A stretch of DNA of 64,000 nucleotides from an uncultured virus (IMG/VR IMGVR_UViG_3300030708_001952) (lineage: Duplodnaviria; Heunggongvirae; Uroviricota; Caudoviricetes): the IMG/VR virus record IMGVR_UViG_3300030708_001952; one strand, 5' to 3'. Shown one piece after another: positions 1-7,725 of the stretch (position 1 is its first letter; every line of letters starts with the position of its first letter). A model generated the notes under the pieces. The model had not been told where the DNA came from. It did not search any database and saw only the letters and a program-made list of their open reading frames with translations. The position numbers and the translations under genes were made by a program.

Positions 1-684
1 ATGCTCCGCCAGTTTGAACTGGCACGTCTCATCGGAATCAGACCGTACAATGCGATTGCTTTTTCGGGTCCTATTGCCGTATTTGTTAGTGTTTTCCTCA
101 TCTACCCTCTCGGACAATCCAGTTGGTTCTTTGCGCCGTCCTTTGGCGTTGCGGCGATATTCAGATTTCTGCTGTTCCTCCAAGGATTTCATAACTGGAC
201 ACTCAACCCCTTCCATATGATGGGAGTTGCTGGTATACTCGGAGGAGCACTGCTCAGTGCTATTCACGGTGTCACAGTAGAGAACACACTGTATCAAGAT
301 GGAGAACAGGCTAACACTTTCAAGGCGTTCGATTCCACGCAGGAGGAAGAAACGTACAGTATGGTTACTGCTAATCGTTTCTGGTCTCAGATTTTTGGAA
401 TTGCTTTTAGCAATAAGCGCTGGCTTCATTTCTTTATGTTGTTTGTTCCTGTTATGGGTCTTTGGACCAGTTCTATTGGCATTATCGGTCTCGCTCTTAA
501 TCTCCGCGCATACGATTTTGTCAGTCAGGAGATTCGGGCTTCGGAAGATCCTGAGTTTGAAACGTTCTATACAAAGAACATTCTCTTGAACGAAGGTCTT
601 CGTGCCTGGATGGCACCAGTTGACCAACCACACGAACAGTTTGTATTCCCTGAGGAAGTTCTTCCCAGAGGTAATGCTCTCTAA
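1..684 (+). CDS. psbD: Photosystem II D2 protein, 3' part (5' end outside window)
   Basis: D2 motifs [42 protein letters not shown] and C-terminus [10 protein letters not shown]. Confidence 0.99.
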   Translation: MLRQFELARLIGIRPYNAIAFSGPIAVFVSVFLIYPLGQSSWFFAPSFGVAAIFRFLLFLQGFHNWTLNPFHMMGVAGILGGALLSAIHGVTVENTLYQDGEQANTFKAFDSTQEEETYSMVTANRFWSQIFGIAFSNKRWLHFFMLFVPVMGLWTSSIGIIGLALNLRAYDFVSQEIRASEDPEFETFYTKNILLNEGLRAWMAPVDQPHEQFVFPEEVLPRGNAL

Positions 685-744
685 ATAAAGTATATCGTCG
701 CCGCTAAAGGTGCTGGCAAAATCCAGTTAACCTGTGCTATACTC

Positions 745-770
745 AGAGGGTCTAACGACCCTCTTTTTTT
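745..770 (+). terminator. Rho-independent terminator after psbD
   Basis: AGAGGGTC-taac-GACCCTCT stem followed by T run. Confidence 0.85.
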
Positions 771-1016
771 GTGGACTATACAACCACCATTTACACAATG
801 AATGGGTGTAAGTATTGCACCCTTGCGAAAGAACTTCTTACTCGTGCTAATATCATTTACGAAGAGGTGTTACTTGATCGTGACATCACTAAAGAAGAAG
901 TGAAACTAGCCCTGCGAATGGATGTAATCACGTTCCCACAGATTGTTCACCAAGGAGAACATCTGGGTGGACTTATGGAGACTGCAAAAGTTTTCAAGGA
1001 GCGTGGTTTAGTGTGA
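771..1016 (+). CDS. Glutaredoxin (NrdC-like)
   Basis: CKYC active site; TFPQI and HLGG glutaredoxin motifs. Confidence 0.9.
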   Translation: MDYTTTIYTMNGCKYCTLAKELLTRANIIYEEVLLDRDITKEEVKLALRMDVITFPQIVHQGEHLGGLMETAKVFKERGLV

Positions 1017-1180
1017 GTCTCCTAATAAATAAAGGCACAGAGTTAATGCTGAGGAGGAACAAGAAGCCAGCAGAGCCCAAGCAGCGTAAGGGGTTCGCTT
1101 TTAACCCCAGTGTCACACTCTTCAAGCGAAAGTTTTCCCTATCCCTAGACTTTCGTTGGGAGAGACTAACTCAGGAGTAG
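1013..1180 (+). CDS. Small basic hypothetical protein (55 aa)
   Basis: GTGA overlap with grx stop; open frame VSLLINKGTELMLRR...WERLTQE exactly fills the gap. Confidence 0.55.
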   Translation: MSLLINKGTELMLRRNKKPAEPKQRKGFAFNPSVTLFKRKFSLSLDFRWERLTQE

Positions 1181-1182
1181 AG

Positions 1183-1404
1183 ATGCCATTATCTATTACA
1201 TTGTTCTTCAGTGCCGTTTCGTGCGTAATCTTTTTTGTTCTCGGCGGCATTATTGGTTGGGTCGGTAACGACTATGTTTTCTCTATGGCAGGAGGAAAGG
1301 ATGAAGAACCCTATGATCACCCCGAGATGTATGATTCTCGTGGACGGGCATTCACAGGAGAACTTCTTTCTCTTCAATTCACTGACGAGGAAGACGAGGA
1401 CTAA
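1183..1404 (+). CDS. Small membrane protein, conserved cyanophage type
   Basis: AGGAG RBS upstream; N-terminal TM helix; HPEMYD motif; acidic tail. Confidence 0.75.
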   Translation: MPLSITLFFSAVSCVIFFVLGGIIGWVGNDYVFSMAGGKDEEPYDHPEMYDSRGRAFTGELLSLQFTDEEDED

Positions 1405-1423
1405 ATACTAAAAACACTTTACT

Positions 1424-1861
1424 ATGGCTGAATTATTAGTATCTGAAGTGCTCCAAAAAGTGAGCAACGCAAAGACCAAAGCGGAGAAAGTAAAACTTCT
1501 CCAGAAACACAACAGCGATGCTCTCAGGAAGGTCTTAATTATCAATTACGATCCCAGCATTGAGTCTGCACTTCCTGAGGGTGACGTCCCATACAAGCCT
1601 AACGAGGCACCAGCAGGGACCGAGCATTCGGTCCTCGCTACAGAGCACAGACTGCTCCACTACTTTGTAAAGGGTGGTGCTGATAACCTGTCTAATCTGA
1701 AGCGAGAGACGATGTTCGTAGGTCTGCTGGAGGCACTACACGAGTCTGAAGCAGAAGTAGTATGCCTAGCCAAAGACAAGAGTCTTAAGAAAAAGTTCAG
1801 GATCACTGAGAACGTAGTCAAGGAAGCGTTTCCCACTGTCCAGTGGGGTAACAGAAAGTAA
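1424..1861 (+). CDS. Conserved T4-like phage hypothetical protein
   Basis: 145-aa ORF with LPEGDVPY and KRETMFVGLLEALH motifs; preceded by CTAAATA late-promoter-like box. Confidence 0.8.
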   Translation: MAELLVSEVLQKVSNAKTKAEKVKLLQKHNSDALRKVLIINYDPSIESALPEGDVPYKPNEAPAGTEHSVLATEHRLLHYFVKGGADNLSNLKRETMFVGLLEALHESEAEVVCLAKDKSLKKKFRITENVVKEAFPTVQWGNRK

Positions 1862-1863
1862 AC

Positions 1864-1879
1864 TGTATCAGCGTATACA
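1864..1879. promoter_or_regulatory. NtcA-type binding box
   Basis: TGTA-tcagcgta-TACA matches the cyanobacterial NtcA consensus GTA-N8-TAC with symmetric flanks. Confidence 0.65.
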
Positions 1880-1886
1880 AACATAC

Positions 1887-1915
1887 TTGACTACATAGAG
1901 CATAGGGTGTATAGT
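1887..1915 (+). promoter_or_regulatory. Sigma70-type promoter
   Basis: TTGACT-17 bp-TATAGT directly upstream of the riboswitch-like RNA. Confidence 0.75.
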
Positions 1916-1933
1916 ACACCCATCGTTCATCCA

Positions 1934-2134
1934 ATGGTTTCTTTACTGTTGGCTTTGACCTTAGCCCATCACGATGACGCCAATCCTTATGGTTGGCATA
2001 TGTCCTGTGAAAGGTTCCTCCAGCGTAGTGTGGAGATTCAAATGGATCCCAACTTAGATCAACGATCTAAATGGAATCTGATTGGATACCTCAAGACAAA
2101 GGTGGATGGTCAATGTGATGGTACTTTAACCTGA
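1934..2134 (+). CDS. Small protein with signal-peptide-like N-terminus, inside riboswitch loop
   Basis: MVSLLLALTLAHH...; two Cys 35 residues apart. Confidence 0.7.
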   Translation: MVSLLLALTLAHHDDANPYGWHMSCERFLQRSVEIQMDPNLDQRSKWNLIGYLKTKVDGQCDGTLT

Positions 2135-2171
2135 GGACGCAAGTAAGTCGCGGAACGGAACGTTCATCCCA

Positions 2172-2333
2172 ATGATTGATCTTTTGCTATACGCTACTAT
2201 GCATTGCACCGATGCTGAGGATATGCTCCGACGTGTCGAAGCAAATGATAGTGTAAATGCAATCATCAAAGCTGAGGTGATTGAGACCGTAAAGGAAGCA
2301 ACACCTGAGTGTAATTGGGACGCAAACGACTGA
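2172..2333 (+). CDS. Small protein (53 aa) inside second riboswitch loop
   Basis: Hand-translated MIDLLLYATMHCTDAEDMLRRVEANDSVNAIIKAEVIETVKEATPECNWDAND*. Confidence 0.7.
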   Translation: MIDLLLYATMHCTDAEDMLRRVEANDSVNAIIKAEVIETVKEATPECNWDAND

Positions 2334-2397
2334 AGGAACGGGGAAACGGATCCACCGAAAGGTGAGAAGGTTAATCACCCACTTCAGGAGTAAACAA

Positions 2398-2565
2398 ATG
2401 AACACACTCAATCTCATTCGCAAGCAGATCGACAAGGCTGCTGCATTGCACGACGCACAGATTACCCACACTGCATATCGTGGTGTTGAGTATGATCAGC
2501 GTTGTGTCGAAAGCAAAGAGTCTCACGGGACTTTCTGCTATCGCGGTCGCACTTACACCAAGTGA
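2398..2565 (+). CDS. DUF4278-like small protein
   Basis: AGGAG RBS at 2386-2390; two YRG motifs (TAYRGVEY, FCYRGRTY). Confidence 0.8.
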   Translation: MNTLNLIRKQIDKAAALHDAQITHTAYRGVEYDQRCVESKESHGTFCYRGRTYTK

Positions 2566-2570
2566 TCGCT

Positions 2571-2666
2571 ATGGAAGCACTACAAGTAGTTGGACTCACG
2601 TCCCTTGGTTGTGCAGCATTCATAGCTATGATCTATGGTGAACTCCTCTTACTACATAAGGTATGA
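2571..2666 (+). CDS. 31-aa hydrophobic peptide
   Basis: MEALQVVGLTSLGCAAFIAMIYGELLLLHKV*; fills gap in operon. Confidence 0.55.
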   Translation: MEALQVVGLTSLGCAAFIAMIYGELLLLHKV

Positions 2667-2675
2667 GGAAGGGCA

Positions 2676-2834
2676 ATGCTGAAGGTTCGGTTTGAATACG
2701 ACCTTCCAGATTATGACCCTGACAAACACGATCCAGATAGAAAGTTCGCTTTCTTAACGTACCGTGGTGTACACTATGCCAAGTGGATTGATTTAAAATC
2801 CCGAGGCAATAAAAACTGGAAGATCAATAACTGA
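2676..2834 (+). CDS. DUF4278-like small protein (52 aa)
   Basis: Contains FLTYRGVHY motif; GAGGAAGG upstream. Confidence 0.7.
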   Translation: MLKVRFEYDLPDYDPDKHDPDRKFAFLTYRGVHYAKWIDLKSRGNKNWKINN

Positions 2835-2859
2835 GGGGGGTTGCGACCCCTCTTTTTTT
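2833..2859 (+). terminator. Rho-independent terminator ending the riboswitch/DUF4278 operon
   Basis: GAGGGG...CCCCTC stem plus T7. Confidence 0.8.
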
Positions 2860-2890
2860 GTGCTACTATATACTTAAACGCGGTGCGCTT

Positions 2891-3112
2891 ATGGAACCCA
2901 ACAGGGAACGACTGAAGTTAATTCTTCAGAATCTCAAGTCACTAGTCAACGCCCTAGAGGCTGAGATCTATTCTGATCCCGAAGCATACCAGGCTCCTAT
3001 TGGTGGTGAAACCAAAGGAACTCCTAGTTACCTTAATGTGAAGTACGAGGACCTCTTCTCCAACACCCTCACTTATAATGAAATCAACGACGATGACGGA
3101 ATCCCAGACTGA
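2891..3112 (+). CDS. Conserved cyanophage hypothetical protein
   Basis: RERLKLILQNLKSLVNALEAEIYSD...DDDGIPD. Confidence 0.75.
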   Translation: MEPNRERLKLILQNLKSLVNALEAEIYSDPEAYQAPIGGETKGTPSYLNVKYEDLFSNTLTYNEINDDDGIPD

Positions 3113-3365
3113 TACTGATTGGCGTTACTCTGAAGAACGTATGAAACTTCGGCAAGAATGTCTTGCTATCTTGCTTAAGAAGTATGGCGGAGCGCCGTCT
3201 CTGGAATTAGAAGGTCTGTCTGAATCTATCTATAGCTGTGTACACGATTGGGTTTCTCAAGGGCACAAAATTTCCTCAGGGATAACTGCATACTACAACG
3301 CCTATTACAATGACCCGTATCAAGGATCAAATCAGACTAGCCAAGATGGCACTGAAACAAGCTAA
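3093..3365 (+). CDS. Hypothetical protein
   Basis: ORF in tight operon; DWRYSEERMKLR and IYSCVHDWVSQG motifs. Confidence 0.65.
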   Translation: MTESQTDTDWRYSEERMKLRQECLAILLKKYGGAPSLELEGLSESIYSCVHDWVSQGHKISSGITAYYNAYYNDPYQGSNQTSQDGTETS

Positions 3366-3489
3366 AGAAAAACCGTGGCTCTACTCTGAAGAAGAGCTGC
3401 TGTATATGAAGAAACAACTTGCCCTTTCTAAGAGAGCATTAGAAAGAAAACGAGCAGAACGATCCAAAGGTTTTAAGAATGCATCTTGA
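3310..3489 (+). CDS. Small basic hypothetical protein (59 aa)
   Basis: Hand-translated MTRIKDQIRLAKMALKQAKEKPWLYSEEELLYMKKQL...SKGFKNAS*. Confidence 0.6.
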   Translation: MTRIKDQIRLAKMALKQAKEKPWLYSEEELLYMKKQLALSKRALERKRAERSKGFKNAS

Positions 3490-4165
3490 AAAAGAATTTT
3501 GTGATGTTGAACGTGTAGGTGTCGAAAACATTTGGCCTACACCTCTCGCCTACTACAAGTATCCAGACGACAAACAGGAAGAGTTCAAAGAAGCAGTCCG
3601 CCGTGCCATTAAAAAGGTAGAGGGTGGTAAGAATGATTGGCAAGATAATATCTGGCACTTCTACCAGCACGCCAATGAGCACCTGCTTAACGACAATAAA
3701 GATGAACCTATCTTTGAACACTTCCACACCTGGCTAAAGTCTTGCTATAAAGACTATGTGATTACATTGCAGAAGTGGGATATGGATCCCAATGCATTTG
3801 TTACTGACTGCTGGGTAAACATCACCAAGAAAGGTGGTGAGCAAGTGATCCATACTCACGCCAATGCATTTGTGTCTGGCACATACTATGTGCGTTTGGA
3901 CCCAGGTGTAGGTGGCATTGCATTTAATAACCCAAACATTATGCCTAATCGTCCTTACATTGGATGTAATGCTGGGGATATGTCAATCTATAATGCTAGT
4001 GGTTGGATGGGTGCACAGAAAGAAGGTGTGCTAATCCTTTGGCCAGGTCACGTTGCACATCACACAGAAAAAACAACCGATGGTACTAGAGTATCGGTTT
4101 CTATGAACTTCACACCTGAGGTGTTCACAGCAGGTGCTTATCGTTATCGTATCGCTCAAGAATGA
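3479..4165 (+). CDS. 2OG-Fe(II) oxygenase (TIGR02466-like)
   Basis: WVN...HTHANAFVSGTYY...LILWPGHVAH...RVSVSMN. Confidence 0.88.
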   Translation: MHLEKEFCDVERVGVENIWPTPLAYYKYPDDKQEEFKEAVRRAIKKVEGGKNDWQDNIWHFYQHANEHLLNDNKDEPIFEHFHTWLKSCYKDYVITLQKWDMDPNAFVTDCWVNITKKGGEQVIHTHANAFVSGTYYVRLDPGVGGIAFNNPNIMPNRPYIGCNAGDMSIYNASGWMGAQKEGVLILWPGHVAHHTEKTTDGTRVSVSMNFTPEVFTAGAYRYRIAQE

Positions 4166-4812
4166 GAGAACACATTGCCCCGTTATTTTCAGTCCCCCTA
4201 GGTATCTACAGGTGGGATGATGATAAGAATAAAGAACTTAAAGAACTGACCCAGAAACTTATTAAGCCTCGTAAGCGTCTGGGTAATGCAATGACACAAG
4301 ACATTTGTCATTTCTATAATGTCTCTGGTGAAAATTTCTTAGATGAAGACTATCCAGTCATCAAAGAGTTTGAGAAGTTCTTATCTGAATCATATGAAGA
4401 CTTCACTCAAAATGTATATGAGTGGGATATGTGTAGAGAACATATCATCACTGATTGCTGGGTCAATGTAACACGTAAGAATGGATGGCAGTTTAAACAT
4501 AGCCACGCCAATGCATTCATCTCTGGTACTTACTACCTTAACTTCCCTGATGGATCACCAGGTCTGACACTGAGTAACTCTACAATTCAGAAGACCTCAC
4601 CTTACCTTGGGGTGAATCCTAAGAAGATGAATCCATATAATTCAGAGACCTTGACTATGATGCCTGATGAAGGTATACTGTTCCTTTGGAGTAGCAATCT
4701 TACTCACGAGACTGGTATCATCGAAGAAGATATTACCCGAGTCTCAATCTCTATGAACTTTGTTCCAGCCGAACTAGACACAGGCGTTTACAGACTAAGA
4801 CTTTCTCGATGA
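4162..4812 (+). CDS. 2OG-Fe(II) oxygenase (TIGR02466-like), paralog of upstream gene
   Basis: TDCWVN...HSHANAFISGTYY...H...RVSISMNF. Confidence 0.88.
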   Translation: MREHIAPLFSVPLGIYRWDDDKNKELKELTQKLIKPRKRLGNAMTQDICHFYNVSGENFLDEDYPVIKEFEKFLSESYEDFTQNVYEWDMCREHIITDCWVNVTRKNGWQFKHSHANAFISGTYYLNFPDGSPGLTLSNSTIQKTSPYLGVNPKKMNPYNSETLTMMPDEGILFLWSSNLTHETGIIEEDITRVSISMNFVPAELDTGVYRLRLSR

Positions 4813-5450
4813 ACACTGCTAAATTGATTTCTGTCACTCCTGATGCTGAAAAGCATATGGGTTATGTGGCACGTGTGAGCAATCCAAACAACCAGGAAAA
4901 CCCTAAGGTTGCTGGTCTTCTTAAATACTGCATCAACCACAACCACTGGTCTGTGTTTGAGCAAGCGTTTATGACTCTGGAACTAGAGACTACCAGAGGG
5001 ATTGCGGCTCAAGTGCTTCGTCACCGTAGCTTCACATATCAAGAGTTTTCCCAGCGGTATGCTGACAGTTCTATGCTGGCAGAGGAGATCCCTATGTTTG
5101 ATCTTCGTCGTCAGGATACAAAGAACCGTCAGAACTCTATTGATGATGTTGATCCTTTCTTGAAACAGGAACTTGAGATTACTATCAAGCGACACTTCGA
5201 GAGTGCTATGGATATCTACAAGCATATGCTTGAGATGGGAATTGCAAAGGAGTGTTCACGTTTTGTGCTTCCCCTCGCCACGCCCACAAAAATCTATATG
5301 ACGGGCTCGTGCAGGTCGTGGATCCATTATATCTCCCTGAGGACTGCTAACGGTACACAGAAGGAGCATATGGATCTGGCAGAGTCCTGTAAGGAGATCT
5401 TTGCTGAACAGTTCCCAATTTGTGCGGAGGCATTAGAATGGAATGGTTGA
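4809..5450 (+). CDS. thyX: FAD-dependent thymidylate synthase
   Basis: HWSVFEQ, QVLRHRSFTYQEFSQRY and TQKEH motifs. Confidence 0.97.
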   Translation: MNTAKLISVTPDAEKHMGYVARVSNPNNQENPKVAGLLKYCINHNHWSVFEQAFMTLELETTRGIAAQVLRHRSFTYQEFSQRYADSSMLAEEIPMFDLRRQDTKNRQNSIDDVDPFLKQELEITIKRHFESAMDIYKHMLEMGIAKECSRFVLPLATPTKIYMTGSCRSWIHYISLRTANGTQKEHMDLAESCKEIFAEQFPICAEALEWNG

Positions 5451-6088
5451 ATGATATTAAAGTCTATGATGACGTTCTTGATCAACCTGAGATTGAGAAC
5501 ATCTATGACTATCTGAAGACTTCTTTTTATACATTGCAGCGTACTAATGACACTGCAATGTTGGAGCGTAGTAAGAAGTTCCTTAAGTATGAACGTACTG
5601 AGCACGAACTCGCAGGGTTTATGGAGACGTTCACTAGAGATCAGATGCGTGATGCACTGACAGACTATGACCTCAAGGCAGAGGAGCTCTATTGGACTCG
5701 TATCCACAAGGGAGCACCCGAGGCTACTAAAGCGGACGAAGAACTTTGTGAGGCGCTCTACGGGGCACTCACAAGCGTCTGTGACGCCCCTCCGTATGAA
5801 GTCCTAGGGAATGTCTATACGAATATGCTGCGCTGTATGGACCGTCCTAAGGCACACATAGACAACATCGATGCTAAGAACCGTACGGTGATGTTCTACA
5901 CCAATAGGGAGTGGCATCGTGACTGGGGTGGTGAGACAGTTTTCTTTGACTACGAAGATAACATTATCAAAGCAATCGCACCTAAGCCTGGTCGTGTAGT
6001 ATCATTTGATGGTCGGATTCCCCACTCTGCACGTGCACCTCAGACGTCTGCTTATGTGCCTAGATATATTACTGTGATGAAATTCTGA
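5438..6088 (+). CDS. 2OG-Fe(II) oxygenase (prolyl-hydroxylase-like)
   Basis: HID...WGGETVF...PKPGRVVSFDGRIPH..R. Confidence 0.88.
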   Translation: MEWLNDIKVYDDVLDQPEIENIYDYLKTSFYTLQRTNDTAMLERSKKFLKYERTEHELAGFMETFTRDQMRDALTDYDLKAEELYWTRIHKGAPEATKADEELCEALYGALTSVCDAPPYEVLGNVYTNMLRCMDRPKAHIDNIDAKNRTVMFYTNREWHRDWGGETVFFDYEDNIIKAIAPKPGRVVSFDGRIPHSARAPQTSAYVPRYITVMKF

Positions 6089-6720
6089 TGCCTCAGTACG
6101 AATTTAACAATAGAGAAACAGGTGAATCTGTTGGTGAACTCTTCCTGTCCCTAGAGGGGCTGGAAGATTTTCTTGCTATGAACCCTAACCTGTGTGTCGC
6201 ACCAGGTAAATTGAGGTATCTGGCTGGGAAGTCTGATGATGCCTTCCCTAGTTATCCTGATATGAATACTCACACCAGGGCAGTGGAGGATAGAGCACCT
6301 GATGCTAAACCTGCTGACCCTGCATCCTGGAGTGACAGTGATGAGAATTCAGGTAAGACTGGGTACAAAGTAACTGACAAGAGAAAGAACAAAGACTACA
6401 GTCACTTTGATGAGGACATTAAAAAGTATGGTAGAATTGTAGGCGCACCTAAGATGTTAGGTGAAGGTAGTGCTACTGATTTTAAGTACGACAAGATCGA
6501 TGTTTCTCATCCCACCTCTGATGCTGAAGAAGAACAGCAGTTTGAAATGATGCAGAAGGACAGAGATGCACGTCGTAAAGCATACGAAAACGACCGAGGT
6601 ATGAAAGGTACTAGCTCCAAGAATGCTATCGATCTCAGTAACCAACAAAAAGGACAATTAAATCCTTGGGAAAAAGGATACGTGGAACAGAACAAGGACC
6701 ATTACAAAGACCTCAAATAA
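6088..6720 (+). CDS. Hypothetical protein with MPxY...TGE N-terminal module
   Basis: 210-aa ORF coupled by TGATG overlap. Confidence 0.7.
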   Translation: MPQYEFNNRETGESVGELFLSLEGLEDFLAMNPNLCVAPGKLRYLAGKSDDAFPSYPDMNTHTRAVEDRAPDAKPADPASWSDSDENSGKTGYKVTDKRKNKDYSHFDEDIKKYGRIVGAPKMLGEGSATDFKYDKIDVSHPTSDAEEEQQFEMMQKDRDARRKAYENDRGMKGTSSKNAIDLSNQQKGQLNPWEKGYVEQNKDHYKDLK

Positions 6721-6726
6721 ATAGCT

Positions 6727-6963
6727 ATGCCGATTTATCCAGTTAAAAATTCAAAAACAGGTGAGACAAAAGAACTAAACCTTACCATTGCTAGCTACGA
6801 GGAATGGAAGAAGGAAAATCCCGACTGGGATAAGGACTGGTCCAAAGGCGTAGCTGGTGCGTGCGAGGTTGGTGATTGGAGGAATAAAACTGACGGAGGT
6901 TGGAATGAAGTCCTCCAGAAAGTCTCACAAGTTCCTGGATCTAACGTCAAACCCTACAAGTAA
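6727..6963 (+). CDS. Conserved cyanophage protein upstream of phoH
   Basis: MPIYPVKNSKTGE...DGGWNEVLQKVSQVPGS. Confidence 0.8.
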   Translation: MPIYPVKNSKTGETKELNLTIASYEEWKKENPDWDKDWSKGVAGACEVGDWRNKTDGGWNEVLQKVSQVPGSNVKPYK

Positions 6964-6975
6964 CCAACGCCACTT

Positions 6976-7725
6976 ATGCCAAGGAAGAAGTCACCAACTA
7001 CTCTTTCTACTAAGCAGATGAAACGATCTAAGCCGATCAACACATCTCTTATGAGGAACATCGAACCTCTGACAGAGAACCAAGAAAAACTCTGGGAAGA
7101 ATATGCTAAGGGACAAAACTTAATTGCCTATGGTGCGGCTGGCACGGGCAAAACATTCTGCCTGGTGTACAACGCATTGAAAGAAGTCCTTTCGGAGGAC
7201 TCACCATATGAAAAGGTTTATCTCGTTCGCTCTCTAGTCGCTACACGAGAGATTGGCTTCCTTCCTGGAACACACGACGACAAATCATTCCTTTATCAGA
7301 TTCCTTACAAGAATATGGTAAAGCATATGTTCTCGATGTATACTGATAAGGAATTTGACACACTCTATGACGACCTCCAACGTCAAGAAACTATCAGCTT
7401 TTGGTCTACTTCTTTTCTTAGGGGTACGACTCTTGATAATGCTATTGTAATTGTTGATGAATTCCAGAACTTGAATTTTCACGAACTTGATAGTATAATC
7501 ACTAGAGTTGGTGAGAACAGCAAAATTATGTTTGCTGGCGACGCCACACAGACAGACCTCCAGAAGGTCACAGAACGCACTGGCATTCTAGATTTTATGC
7601 AAATCCTTGAGGGTATGCCCGAGATGTCGAAGATTGAATTCAACATCGAGGACATCGTAAGGTCTGGTCTTGTTAGATCGTATCTGGTCTCCAAGATCAA
7701 CCAAGGTTACAATGAAAAAATTTGA
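6976..7725 (+). CDS. phoH: PhoH-family ATPase
   Basis: GAAGTGKT Walker A, REIGFLPG, LRGTTL, IVDEFQN, GDATQTDL, IVRSGLV. Confidence 0.97.
   Translation: MPRKKSPTTLSTKQMKRSKPINTSLMRNIEPLTENQEKLWEEYAKGQNLIAYGAAGTGKTFCLVYNALKEVLSEDSPYEKVYLVRSLVATREIGFLPGTHDDKSFLYQIPYKNMVKHMFSMYTDKEFDTLYDDLQRQETISFWSTSFLRGTTLDNAIVIVDEFQNLNFHELDSIITRVGENSKIMFAGDATQTDLQKVTERTGILDFMQILEGMPEMSKIEFNIEDIVRSGLVRSYLVSKINQGYNEKI

Larger units (their letters stand above)
1922..2342 (+). ncRNA. Glutamine riboswitch-like (glnA/Downstream-peptide family) RNA with ORF-sized loop insertions
   Basis: AUCGUUCA 5' end; GGACGCAAGUAAG junction (2135-2147); P3 AGUCG(2146-2150)/CGACU(2327-2331); 3' GAAGGAACG; upstream of DUF4278-like genes. 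Confidence 0.75.

Noticed and set aside
1..684. Possible intron or homing endonuclease associated with the photosystem gene
   Set aside because: The visible psbD portion is uninterrupted and no endonuclease ORF follows.
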